From an uncultured delta proteobacterium (lineage in GTDB: Bacteria; Desulfobacterota; Binatia; DP-6): a DNA stretch of 64,000 bases. A program made the translations under genes and the position numbers. Below are positions 45,770 to 54,996 of the stretch, one piece after another. The notes beneath the pieces are model-generated. The model was given only the letters and a program-made list of their open reading frames with translations. It did not search any database and was not told the DNA's origin. How positions within the stretch are numbered: the first letter of the stretch is position 1; each line of letters opens with the position of its first letter. The DNA lies in NCBI GenBank assembly GCA_963815115.1, contig CAWFFN010000005.1:992001-1056000 (forward strand), read 5' to 3'.

Positions 45770-47290
45770 CTACGGCCTCGGACGGCGATCGAGGCTGCGA
45801 TACTGGATGGCCTCGGCGACGTGCGCCGTGCTCACCTCGGCCTCGCCGGCCAGGTCGGCGATCGTGCGGGCCACGCGCAGGATGCGCGTGTAGGCGCGCG
45901 CGGAGAGGCCGAGCCGCTCGCTCGACAGCTCGAGGAGGCGGCGCCCGGCGGGTCCGAGGCGGCAGATCCGACGCATCTCGCGCCCGCCGAGCCGCGCGTT
46001 GACGCAGCCGCGTCGGTCGATCTGCCTTGCCCGCGCCGCGGTGACGCGCGCCCGCACCGCGGCCGACGGCTCACCGATGAGGCGATCGTCGGCCAGGGCG
46101 CCGACCGGCACCCGTGACACCTCGACGTGCAGATCGATGCGGTCGAGCAGTGGTCCCGAGACGCGCGAGCGGTAACGCTCGAGCAGCGGGGGACTGCACC
46201 GGCAGACGTCGCTCGGGTCGCCGAGCATGCCGCACGGACAGGGGTTCATCGCGGCGACCAGCTGGACGTCGGCGGGGAACATCGCGGCTCCGCTGCCGCG
46301 GGCGACCGTGAGGCGGCGCTCCTCGAGCGGCTGGCGCAGCGGCTCGAGTACGTTGCGCCGGAACTCCGGCAGCTCGTCGAGGAAGAGCACCCCGCGGTGT
46401 GCGAGGGTGAGCTCGCCGGGACGGATGGGATGGCCGCCACCGAGCAGCGCCGCGTCGGAGATCGTGCAGTGGGGCGCCCGCACCGGTCGTGCGGCGATGA
46501 GCGGCCGGCCGTCGAGGAGCCCGGCGACGCTGTGGATCGCGGTCACCTCGATCGCTTCGTCGAGGGTCAGAGGCGGAAGGATCGACGGCAGGCGGCGCGC
46601 GAGCATGGTCTTGCCCGATCCAGGCGGTCCGAGCAGGAGGACGTTGTGGCCGCCGGCCGCGGCCACCTCGAGGGCGCGCTTGGCATGCGGCTGCCCCCGG
46701 ACGTCGGCCAGATCGCCCGCGGCCGCGGGCGCTTCGGCCAGCAGCGCGGCCGCATCGACGGTCGTGCACGGCCGGGGCCGCTCGCCGCGCAGATGAGCCA
46801 CGGCGTCCGCGAGGGTCTCGACCCCGATCACCGGGACGCCGCCGGCCAGGGCGGCCTCGGCCGCGTTGGCGGCCGGCACGACGAGTCCGGACAGCCCGGC
46901 ACGCCGCGCGGCGTCCGAGACGGGGAGGGCGCCACGTACGGCATGCACGCGGCCGTCGAGCCCGAGCTCGCCGAGCACGCACCACCCGCTCAGCTCGGGC
47001 AGCGCCGGCGCCGCCGCCGCGGCCAGCATGCCGAGGGCGATCGGCAGGTCGTAGTGTGGCCCTTCCTTGCGGACGCCGGCGGGGGCAAGGTTGACCGTGA
47101 CGCGCCGCTGCGGGTGCTCGAAGCCCGAGTTGCGTAGCGCCGCGCGGATGCGGTCGGCGGCCTCGCGCACCGCACCGTCGGGAAGACCGACGGTGGTGGT
47201 GTGCGGCAGGCCCGAGGAGACGTCGACCTCGACGTCCACGACGATCGCCTCGATGCCGCGAAGTGCGCCGGAGCGGACGCGCGCCAGCAT
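45770..47290 (-). CDS. comM: ComM/YifB Mg-chelatase-like AAA+ ATPase
   Basis: VGLPDGAVRE, VNLAPA, GELGLDG, GPPGSGKTM, LFLDELPEF, AMNPCPCG, SARAYTRILRVARTIADL. Confidence 0.92.
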   Translation of the reverse strand: MLARVRSGALRGIEAIVVDVEVDVSSGLPHTTTVGLPDGAVREAADRIRAALRNSGFEHPQRRVTVNLAPAGVRKEGPHYDLPIALGMLAAAAAPALPELSGWCVLGELGLDGRVHAVRGALPVSDAARRAGLSGLVVPAANAAEAALAGGVPVIGVETLADAVAHLRGERPRPCTTVDAAALLAEAPAAAGDLADVRGQPHAKRALEVAAAGGHNVLLLGPPGSGKTMLARRLPSILPPLTLDEAIEVTAIHSVAGLLDGRPLIAARPVRAPHCTISDAALLGGGHPIRPGELTLAHRGVLFLDELPEFRRNVLEPLRQPLEERRLTVARGSGAAMFPADVQLVAAMNPCPCGMLGDPSDVCRCSPPLLERYRSRVSGPLLDRIDLHVEVSRVPVGALADDRLIGEPSAAVRARVTAARARQIDRRGCVNARLGGREMRRICRLGPAGRRLLELSSERLGLSARAYTRILRVARTIADLAGEAEVSTAHVAEAIQYRSLDRRPRP

Positions 47291-47550
47291 GATCTCGCAC
47301 GTGCCGGTCACGACGGGCCGGCACAATCGCTGGGTTCGGAATAGCGTCGGTACCTGGTCGCTCGCGCGGACCGCCGTCGCCCTCGGCGCCCCCCGGATCG
47401 ACGATCGGACGTCGGACTCTCGGAGAATCGGTGACCAGCGATTGTGTCGGCATGCGGGATTGACAGGACGGTCGAGGTTGGCGAAATCCGGGCCCGGGCT
47501 CGGGGCCGGACCGTATGCGCGCGCACGGTCCCCAACGTTCGTCACGGGGA

Positions 47551-48849
47551 ATGAAGATGTCGGCTCATGAGCAGGGCAGGGTGGATGTGGTGGTGATCGG
47601 CGGCGGGGTGGCCGGCTTGTCGGCAGCGCTGGCCGCCGAGCGCAACGGGCTGCGTTGCCAGATACTCGAGGCACAGGATCGTCTGGGCGGAAGGCTCTGG
47701 TCGGTGCAGGCCGACTCGACGTGGATCGATCTGGGCGGGCAACTGGTCAACGGAGACATGGCGTCGGTGCTGAAGATCGCGCAGGACGCCGGGCTGCATC
47801 TGGCGCCGGTGCCCAGCAGCGGCGCGATGAAGACGGTGCTGGCGGGTGGTAGGGCCTATCGCGACCTGGACCGCCACAGCGAGAACTGGATGGAGGCGTT
47901 GCTGGCGCCCGATGTGGTGGCGCGGGTGCAAGCCGATGGCGCTTCGCCCTCGCTGGGCCAGGTGCTGGATGCGCTGGCGCTGGACCGGCAGGAAACGCAG
48001 CTGATCCACAGCACCATCGCCGAGATGTTCGGCCAGCCGGCGCATGCGCTGGACGGGCTGGGCGCGATCAAGGAGATGCAGAGCTTCCGTTCCGCACGCA
48101 GCGATGTGGAATTCCAGTTCCGCCGCGGCTTCGGTGGGGTGGTCGAGTATCTGGCCGGGCGACTGCATCACGAGCCGCGCCTCAAAACCCCCGTCCGCAG
48201 CGTCGTGCAGAACGGTGGTCGGGTCTTGGTCCAGGCCGAGGCCGGATCATGGTCGGCAGCGCATGTCGTCATCGCGGTTCCGCCGTCCACTGGAAGGCGC
48301 ATCCACCTGGCGACCGACGATGTCGATGCAGGTCTCGCCAGCGCACTGGACGACTTCATTCCCGGCGATCTGATCAAGTTCATCCTCACCTTTGATCGAC
48401 CGTTTTGGCGCTATGCCGGCCTCAGTGGCCAGGTGGAGTTTTCCGACCCGGCAGGATTGAACGTCGTGGACGCGAGCCTGGACGATGGCAGCCGGCCCAG
48501 GCTGGCGGCCTTCCTGGGCGGGCCGCTGGCCCGGCAGTGGGCCGCGCACGATGCCCGGTTCCGCAAGCAGGCGTTGCTCGACTTGCTCGAGAAGGCGTTC
48601 GGCGAACCGGTGCGCCGCGTGCATGCGTTGCATGAAGGCAACTGGGTCGATCATCCCTGGTGCGGCGGCGGCTACAACTCGCATATCCGCGTCGGCGGAA
48701 TGAGCGATGCCTGCAGCTACCTTGCCGCCTGGGGACGCCGCGTCGTGTTTGCCGGCGCCGAGATTGCCAGCCGCTATCGCGGCTACGTGGAAGGCGCCCT
48801 CATGAGCGGCGAGACGGCACTGCAGCGCACGCTGGCGTTGCGAGGATAG
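47551..48849 (+). CDS. Flavin monoamine oxidase family protein
   Basis: GGGVAGL, LEAQDRLGGR, DLGG, FAGAE..GYVEGALMSG. Confidence 0.85.
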   Translation: MKMSAHEQGRVDVVVIGGGVAGLSAALAAERNGLRCQILEAQDRLGGRLWSVQADSTWIDLGGQLVNGDMASVLKIAQDAGLHLAPVPSSGAMKTVLAGGRAYRDLDRHSENWMEALLAPDVVARVQADGASPSLGQVLDALALDRQETQLIHSTIAEMFGQPAHALDGLGAIKEMQSFRSARSDVEFQFRRGFGGVVEYLAGRLHHEPRLKTPVRSVVQNGGRVLVQAEAGSWSAAHVVIAVPPSTGRRIHLATDDVDAGLASALDDFIPGDLIKFILTFDRPFWRYAGLSGQVEFSDPAGLNVVDASLDDGSRPRLAAFLGGPLARQWAAHDARFRKQALLDLLEKAFGEPVRRVHALHEGNWVDHPWCGGGYNSHIRVGGMSDACSYLAAWGRRVVFAGAEIASRYRGYVEGALMSGETALQRTLALRG

Positions 48850-49033
48850 CGGGACCATGCCGCGCTCAAGCGACGGCGCATCCATCGCGATCGGGCGCAT
48901 GCTCTGCCGTATCGGCGCGGCCCGAAGAGGATGCGACGGGGTGCCGTCGCCGAAATACCGCTCGCCGCTCACCAGAGTCCCTTGAGTGAACGCTACGGAA
49001 GCGTGTAGGGAACTCATTCAGGAGGGCTCAACC

Positions 49034-50185
49034 ATGCTGCATCTCTTGGCCCCAAGGTGCGTATCGGGTGCAATGGTCCTTGCTATCTCGCTCACGACCG
49101 CTCCAATCTACGCCGGCGACCCGGGCGCCGCGTGCGCGGCGGCGAAGCGCAAGGCCGCGGCCAAGAAGGCGGACGGCAAGCTCGGGTGCGTGGCGAAGGC
49201 GGCTTCGAAGGGTGCTGCGGTGGACCCGCTCTGCATCTCCAGGGCCGAGACGAAGTTCGCCTCCGCTTTCACGAAGGCCGAGGCGAAGGGCGGCTGCCTC
49301 ACGAGCAACGACGCGGGGACGATCGAGGCGTCGGTCGACGCTTGCTTCGCGACGCTGCGCGGCGTGCTCGCCGTTCCCGGAACGCCGCCGAAGTCGCTGT
49401 GTACGGCCGGCAAGCTGAAGGCGACCAGCAGGAAGCTCGTCGGGAAACTCAATTGCCACGCGAAGGCGGTCAAGAAGCTCCTGTCGGTGAGCGCCGACTG
49501 TCTCGCTGCGGCGGAGTCGAAGTACGATGCCAGCTTCGCCAAGGCGGAGTTGAAGGGCGACTGCCTCACGATGAACGACGCGGGAGCCGTCGAGACCGCC
49601 GTCGACGACTGCGTGACAGCCCTGGTCAATGCGCTCCCGGGCCCCACCCCGACCACGACGACGACTCCAAACACGACGACCACCTCGACGACGCTGGGTC
49701 CCACCTGTGACACCGAGTCGCCGGCGTTCGCGGGCATTACCGCGCAGCACAACGTCACCCGCGCCACGGCCGTGCCGGCGCCGAGCCCCGCCCTCGATCC
49801 GCTCTGCTGGAGCGACGCCGTGAGCGCGCACGCGCAGGCCTGGGCCGACACCTGCAACTTCAGCCACGATCCGGACCTCGGCGCCCTGTCCGAGGGCCAG
49901 AACATCTACGCAGCCGCGGTCAGCGTCGGCTTCCCGGCCACCGCTGCACAGGACGCGGAGCCTCTCTGGGCCGGCGAGGCCGCGGACTACGACTACGCCA
50001 CGAACGGTTGCTCTGGCGTCTGTGGGCACTACACGCAGATCGTCTGGCGTTCGACCGATTTCCTCGGCTGCGGCATCAAGAACTGCACGGTGAACACGCC
50101 TTTCGGCCCGGGGTTCCCCAACTGGACCTTGGTCGTCTGCAACTACCAGCCGCCGGGGAATTTCGTCGGCCAACGGCCCTATTGA
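49034..50185 (+). CDS. Secreted CAP (SCP/PR-1) domain protein with duplicated N-terminal Cys/Lys-rich helical repeat
   Basis: AGGAGG RBS, signal peptide, Thr linker, HN..R, AQAWA, GQNI, CGHYTQIVW, VCNY.PPGN. Confidence 0.85.
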   Translation: MLHLLAPRCVSGAMVLAISLTTAPIYAGDPGAACAAAKRKAAAKKADGKLGCVAKAASKGAAVDPLCISRAETKFASAFTKAEAKGGCLTSNDAGTIEASVDACFATLRGVLAVPGTPPKSLCTAGKLKATSRKLVGKLNCHAKAVKKLLSVSADCLAAAESKYDASFAKAELKGDCLTMNDAGAVETAVDDCVTALVNALPGPTPTTTTTPNTTTTSTTLGPTCDTESPAFAGITAQHNVTRATAVPAPSPALDPLCWSDAVSAHAQAWADTCNFSHDPDLGALSEGQNIYAAAVSVGFPATAAQDAEPLWAGEAADYDYATNGCSGVCGHYTQIVWRSTDFLGCGIKNCTVNTPFGPGFPNWTLVVCNYQPPGNFVGQRPY

Positions 50186-50232
50186 TCCGCCGGAATCGCG
50201 CCGCGATGGCCCCGCACCCGGAGACAAGGAAC

Positions 50233-50903
50233 GTGCCCCAACGACGACTCATCCTGATCGAAGGCATGATCGGTGCCGGGAAATCGACGATGGCCGAGCG
50301 CCTCGCCGCGAGGCTGAAGGAGGGCGAGGCGACGTCTACGCGTTCAACGAGTTCGCCGACGATCACCCGATCCGGACGAGAAGCGTCGACCTACTACGCA
50401 CCGCCGCTAGGGGGCCGGCCAGCGCCAACTGCGCCGACCAGTGGAACGCACTGGCCGATCGTTGCACCCGCGACGCTCAGATCCTCATCGTCGAGAGCAC
50501 GTTCCTGCAAAACACCGTGATGCCGTACTTCATCGACGGTGCACCAATCGCCGTCGTGAAGGAAGTCTTTGTCGACATCGCCGCGCGCGTTGCCCGCGCG
50601 GCGCCATTGCTCGTGTACCTCCGTCCGAGAAACGTTGTGAACGCGGTCCGGCGCGTGCACGCCGAGCGCGGGGAGCCATGGTCGTCGCAGAACTACGCGT
50701 TCGTGTCGGCGTGTCCGTGGGCGCGCCGGCGCGGGCTCGCTGGAGAGCGAGCGGTGGTCGAGCTCTATCACGCGTGGGAGCAGGTCGTGGACGAGCTGTT
50801 GCCGACGGTCGAGTCGGTGCTCGTGACGGACCCGCAGCGCGACTGGACCGGCGCGCTGGATACGATCTGCGACGCCGTGAGAGTCGAGATGCGCGCGACG
50901 TGA
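50233..50903 (+). pseudogene. P-loop nucleoside/nucleotide kinase-like gene with a frameshift near 50329 (pseudogene or sequencing error)
   Basis: LILIEGMIGAGKST in one frame; DVYAFNEFADDHPIR...IVESTFLQN...LLVYL in the frame ending at 50903. Confidence 0.65.
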
Positions 50904-51096
50904 CGAGATGGCGGCCTTTCTCGAACGCCATCGGACGGCGATCGAGAAAGGCCGCACCGCGCCGGAGCTGGCAAGGGTCGAAGGACCGCGAAGCGGCACC
51001 CGGCCGTGGCGCTCGTTCAAACGCCCGCATCGGAAGTCCAGGCGGCCCTGGAGGTCGACCGGGACGCCGCCGGCCGGCGGCGACCCCGGCTCGTTG

Positions 51097-51861
51097 TCAG
51101 TGCTCTTCTTCGGTTCCTGGCGTGATCGTTGCCTCGACGCAATGCTCGCGTACAGGTTGGAGCGCACCAACGGCATCCCCGAAGAACGTCGCCACTGCGA
51201 CTGGTGGTGGGCGCAGCGCGGGCCGCTCGGGTCGGACCTTGAAACAGAGCCGCGTAGGACTGAGAGGGGCAGGGGGGAATGCCACCCCGTACGCCGGGTA
51301 GTAGAAATACGGATCACCCGGCAACGCGACAGAGGCCGGCACACACAGTGATTCCGGGCGACCGATCACAAGACGCTGCGTGCCGAACGCATCCGTCGTC
51401 TCGACCTCCTTCTCCATGATCGATCCCACTGCCCGACGAATCTGGTAGCAGACCGACACCGGACGCCGTGCACCGGGCGATGGGATCACCAGGGGCGGCT
51501 CGGTATCAACCTGTGCAGGGAACTCCATCCACCGGACACCCCGCGTAGTGACGACCAGGTCCGCGACGGCACTTTCAACCAGCACATTCTCCAGGCCATC
51601 GAGCGCATGGAACGGACCGAGCTCATACGCAACGGTCGTCACGCCGGTCCTGGACGCAACCACGCGACCGATGTGCGTGATATCGACCGGATACGGCTCG
51701 GCCTCGCCTTCCTCCGCGCTGTAGTCCGTCAGCACCATCATGGTGGTGTGGTGCGACGGCGCGGCGCTCATGCCGTAGCGGTTCTCGGCAGCCTGCGCGA
51801 TCTCGGTCGTCATGAGCAGGACGGGCATGATGAGTGCCACGGTCAAGGTCATCGGGCTCAT
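51097..51861 (-). CDS. Secreted hypothetical protein with two C(Y/F)..FG..CV repeats
   Basis: AAGGAGG RBS, signal peptide, SVCYQI..TDAFG..ESLCVP and RLCFKV..TFFG..EHCVE. Confidence 0.6.
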   Translation of the reverse strand: MSPMTLTVALIMPVLLMTTEIAQAAENRYGMSAAPSHHTTMMVLTDYSAEEGEAEPYPVDITHIGRVVASRTGVTTVAYELGPFHALDGLENVLVESAVADLVVTTRGVRWMEFPAQVDTEPPLVIPSPGARRPVSVCYQIRRAVGSIMEKEVETTDAFGTQRLVIGRPESLCVPASVALPGDPYFYYPAYGVAFPPAPLSPTRLCFKVRPERPALRPPPVAVATFFGDAVGALQPVREHCVEATITPGTEEEH

Positions 51862-52139
51862 CCGAACCTCCTTGTCTCGGGAAGCGCGACGAGTGCTGAC
51901 GGCGCGGCCTCTCGCGCCGCGAACGGCGCGGTATCGGGCGGCGGGACGCCGAGGGTGTCCGTCGCGGGGTCGCGGTGCGCGACCATGCCCCGCGCCGCCG
52001 CCGCGGAGCCAGACGTCGCGGCGGCACCCGGTGCGGCGTCGCATGCGCGCGCAGGGCCCGCGGCGCCGGGTCCCGCGAGGAACGCCAGCCAAGCTACGAC
52101 GAACGCCCGCTCGGCCTGTCGAGAACGCACAGCCTCCAT
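51858..52139 (-). CDS. Small exported hypothetical protein
   Basis: Signal-like N-terminus, MVAHRDPAT..LGVPP motif; overlaps the start of the next gene. Confidence 0.4.
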   Translation of the reverse strand: MEAVRSRQAERAFVVAWLAFLAGPGAAGPARACDAAPGAAATSGSAAAARGMVAHRDPATDTLGVPPPDTAPFAAREAAPSALVALPETRRFG

Positions 52140-52477
52140 GACAAACCCCCCTTTCGCGCCACGGGCCGGGGCGCGGTTTTAGATTGCCAGCTTGCGCTCA
52201 CGGTCGCCGCAGTCAAGAGAGAAACTAGTCTGAGGTAATTTTAAGGTGCTCAATTCCAGTCGGCAGTGTGACCACTCCGGAGGGTACGGTCCGATGGCGG
52301 CAAATCGCCTGGGAGTAGTCGCCCTGCGCCCGTCATCCGACGCATCCGCGAACCCGCAACGCGACGCGACGGCCGTGGACGCTCGGACCCGTGCGGAATC
52401 TCCCGGGCATCACCGGAAGGCAGGTGTACGCGTGCCCGCATGGCCCGGGCAGCTGGGCGCCCGCGAAGGGCGCGCTC

Positions 52478-52700
52478 ACTCCAACGATGTGCTCCTCGTG
52501 GGCCTCAGCCTCGACCTCGAGAGACCGCTGCGCATTCCGGGCGCCGAGTTCACCGCGGAGTTCCTGCAATTCAACGGCAGGACACGAATGGCCGGGCTGG
52601 CGCCGTGGCCGGCTGTTACAGCCTGGCCGGTCCGCCGCCGCTCAACCGGACCAGCTCTACGGGCCGCGGAGGCGGCAGTAGCTCTTCGACGACACGGTCG
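52478..52700 (+). pseudogene. Degraded carbohydrate-selective porin (OprB-like) fragment
   Basis: Across frames: LLVGLSLDLE..IPGAEF..EFLQFNG / QDTNGRAGAVAG.YSLAGPPPLNRT / LY..RRQ*LFDD; several frameshifts and a stop. Confidence 0.5.
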
Positions 52701-53548
52701 ACGAGTAGCTCGGCGTCGGGTCCACCGGCTTCGGCCTGATCCCGAGACGACCGACGATCTCGCAATGCCAGCCACGCCCCCCGCAGGGTCTCGGAGGCGC
52801 CGGCCAGACCGAGCGCCACGGCCTCGCGACCGCCGTCGATCCGAGCAGCACGACGGCCGCCACGAGCGGATGCGGGCCGGCGAGTCATGCGTGTCGAAGT
52901 CGCAAGCCTCGGGGATGTCGGCGCGCACCGGAAGTACGGCTGCCCTCGCGCCGCGGGACTTGTTGCGGAGCCGCCAGGCGGCCGCTGGGCCCTCACGGAG
53001 CCGCGACCGCGGCGCGGCGACAGCGGCGCTAGGGTCGCACGCGGAACGCGTGGCCCCCTGGGCTCGATATCCGGGACCCCTGGCAGCACCCGGCGCATCA
53101 CACGGGCCGCGGCAGGCGGTCCCGATTGGCCACTTGGTGGCGCGAAGCGCTGCCGTGGTCGTAGCGGCCATGCCTCAGCGTGCACGGATGCAATTCACCC
53201 CGGGCGACTCGTGCCCGGATTTCGCAGCGTTTTCAGGTCCAGACGAGGATCCCATGGTACGGGAGTTGCTTAGACCTAAGGCTTACTCCGCGTCCAGGAT
53301 TCCACCCCTCGGCGCGGCACGAAGGAGGCACATCAGATGATTGCACTGGGGACCCTCCGGGGTCTCCAACCGTCGTGGCGGCGGCCGCGCGGGCGGCGTG
53401 GGTGATCGCCACCCGCCGCGACGTTGCCGCCGCCGCGGCGCGACCTCCGCCTGTCCATCGTCGCCCCGCCGCCGCCGGGGCGGCGGCCCCATGAGAGTGC
53501 ACCTGCCCCCTGCGGGCACCAACCACACAGAAATAACAGGAGGTTAAG

Positions 53549-54115
53549 ATGAGAATCAGGTTTCTAGCGTACGTCACCACGATCCTGCTGGCCGGGACTG
53601 CGTGGGCCGGGGCCCCCGTGTGTCCAGCTGAGTGCGAGCCGAACGGATGTCCACCGGAGTGCTGCGTACCTCAGCAGGGCGGTCTGCTCGTATATGAGTG
53701 CGCCGCCTCCGGCCAGCCTCACTTCGTCATCAATGACGGTCAGACGACCATCACGCTTACTGAGGTGTCGAATGTGAACGCGTCGTTCTCGGTTGCGGGT
53801 GTGACTGTGCACACGACAATCGGCAATACGACCTTTGATCCCTTCACTATCGGTAGCAGTGAGAGCCGCGTGCGCTTCATTACCAGCAATGGGGGGCAGT
53901 GCGTTCAGGTGAAGAATCTCAGCGGCTTCCACAACCCATCCCCGATCGTCGTCCAGAACCGTGCGCTCACCGTTCAGAGCAAGGCGTTCTACTGCCAGGA
54001 TCCGGGAGGCGATATCATCTGCTTCTCGGTGAAGGGCCAGGTGGGTGCTCCCTTCCCGGACCTTGGAACCTGCAATCCAGATCGCGTCGAATATGCGTGC
54101 GGCATAGTCAGCTAG
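53549..54115 (+). CDS. Secreted Cys-rich hypothetical protein (lower GC)
   Basis: AGGAGG RBS, signal peptide ending AWA, many A/T third codon positions. Confidence 0.7.
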   Translation: MRIRFLAYVTTILLAGTAWAGAPVCPAECEPNGCPPECCVPQQGGLLVYECAASGQPHFVINDGQTTITLTEVSNVNASFSVAGVTVHTTIGNTTFDPFTIGSSESRVRFITSNGGQCVQVKNLSGFHNPSPIVVQNRALTVQSKAFYCQDPGGDIICFSVKGQVGAPFPDLGTCNPDRVEYACGIVS

Positions 54116-54285
54116 AGATAGGTAGCAGCGAGTTTCTTGTCATGTGCAAGCCGGCGGGTGATCCGGGCGTGGTGGTCGTCACGACGATCTTCCAGACGTT
54201 CGAGTGCGATCTCGTCCGAGAGACGTGTCCGCGACGTCATCATCACCGGATAGGCCCCCGGTGACGAGCATCCACGTTTCCCATT

Positions 54286-54560
54286 TGTTCTTGCCCCCCT
54301 ACGGCTGACGACGGTGCGCGGGCAGGTGAGGTTCGCCTTCACCTGCCCGTGCGCGGGCCCGCCGCCCCCTTCTGGGCCGAGTCGCGGCGCAGGCGATGAT
54401 CGATCGCGCTCGGCTCACCGCGCTACACGGCGCCCGATACGCGATGAGTAACGTGGTCCTGGCGCCTTCGGCGCCACCGGCGTGGGGTCCGCCCCGGCCT
54501 GGGACCTGCCACAACGCGTCGCTCACGAAATCCATCGTCCACCGCTCATTGGGCCCGCCT
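54286..54560 (-). mobile_element. IS3-family relic
   Basis: GPNERWTMDFVSDAL (start of the IS3 integrase core); possible terminal TGTTCTTGCCCCCC at 54286. Confidence 0.5.
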
Positions 54561-54748
54561 GGATCGCGGTCTGACGCGCGGCTCCCCTGACCGGGCCCTG
54601 CGATCGAGCGCAAGGATCCCGGCGTCTTCTGGGTCGATGCCAGCCAGGACCGCCAGGCGCGGCCGTCGTGCAGCGGCGGCCGGTGCGGGGTCTCGCGCGA
54701 CGCGAGAGTTCGCGCCGCGTCTCATCGCCGGCCAGCGTCGCGGGGGAC

Positions 54749-54951
54749 AGCTTGAAGCGCACGTGGACGCGAATCGTGCCGCAACCTGTCGAGCGCAGCA
54801 CCTACGTGCTGGCGAGCAGCCTCGCGCTGATCTTCCTTTTCTGGCAGTGGCGGGCCCCTGGGCGGCATCGTGTGGGACGTCCAGGACCCCGTGGCCCGGG
54901 CGGTACTCCTCGCCGGGTTCGCCTTTGGATGGCTACTCGTGCTCGTCACCA
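54749..54951 (+). pseudogene. Internal fragment of methanethiol S-methyltransferase (MddA-like)
   Basis: KRTWTRIVPQPVERSTYVLASSLALIFLFWQWR, frameshift, GGIVWDV..FAFGWLLVLVT; no start and no C-terminus. Confidence 0.7.
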
Positions 54952-54996
54952 GGCCACCGGGGTGCCCGGACGAACCCCGGGTTCGCCGCCCCCACG

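Noticed and set aside
45770-47290. comM interrupted by an integrated element
   Set aside because: The reading frame is continuous (about 506 aa) with N- and C-terminal motifs intact.
50908-51351. 147-aa plus-strand ORF after the kinase-like gene
   Set aside because: Overlaps the better-supported minus-strand secreted gene and has no recognisable motif.
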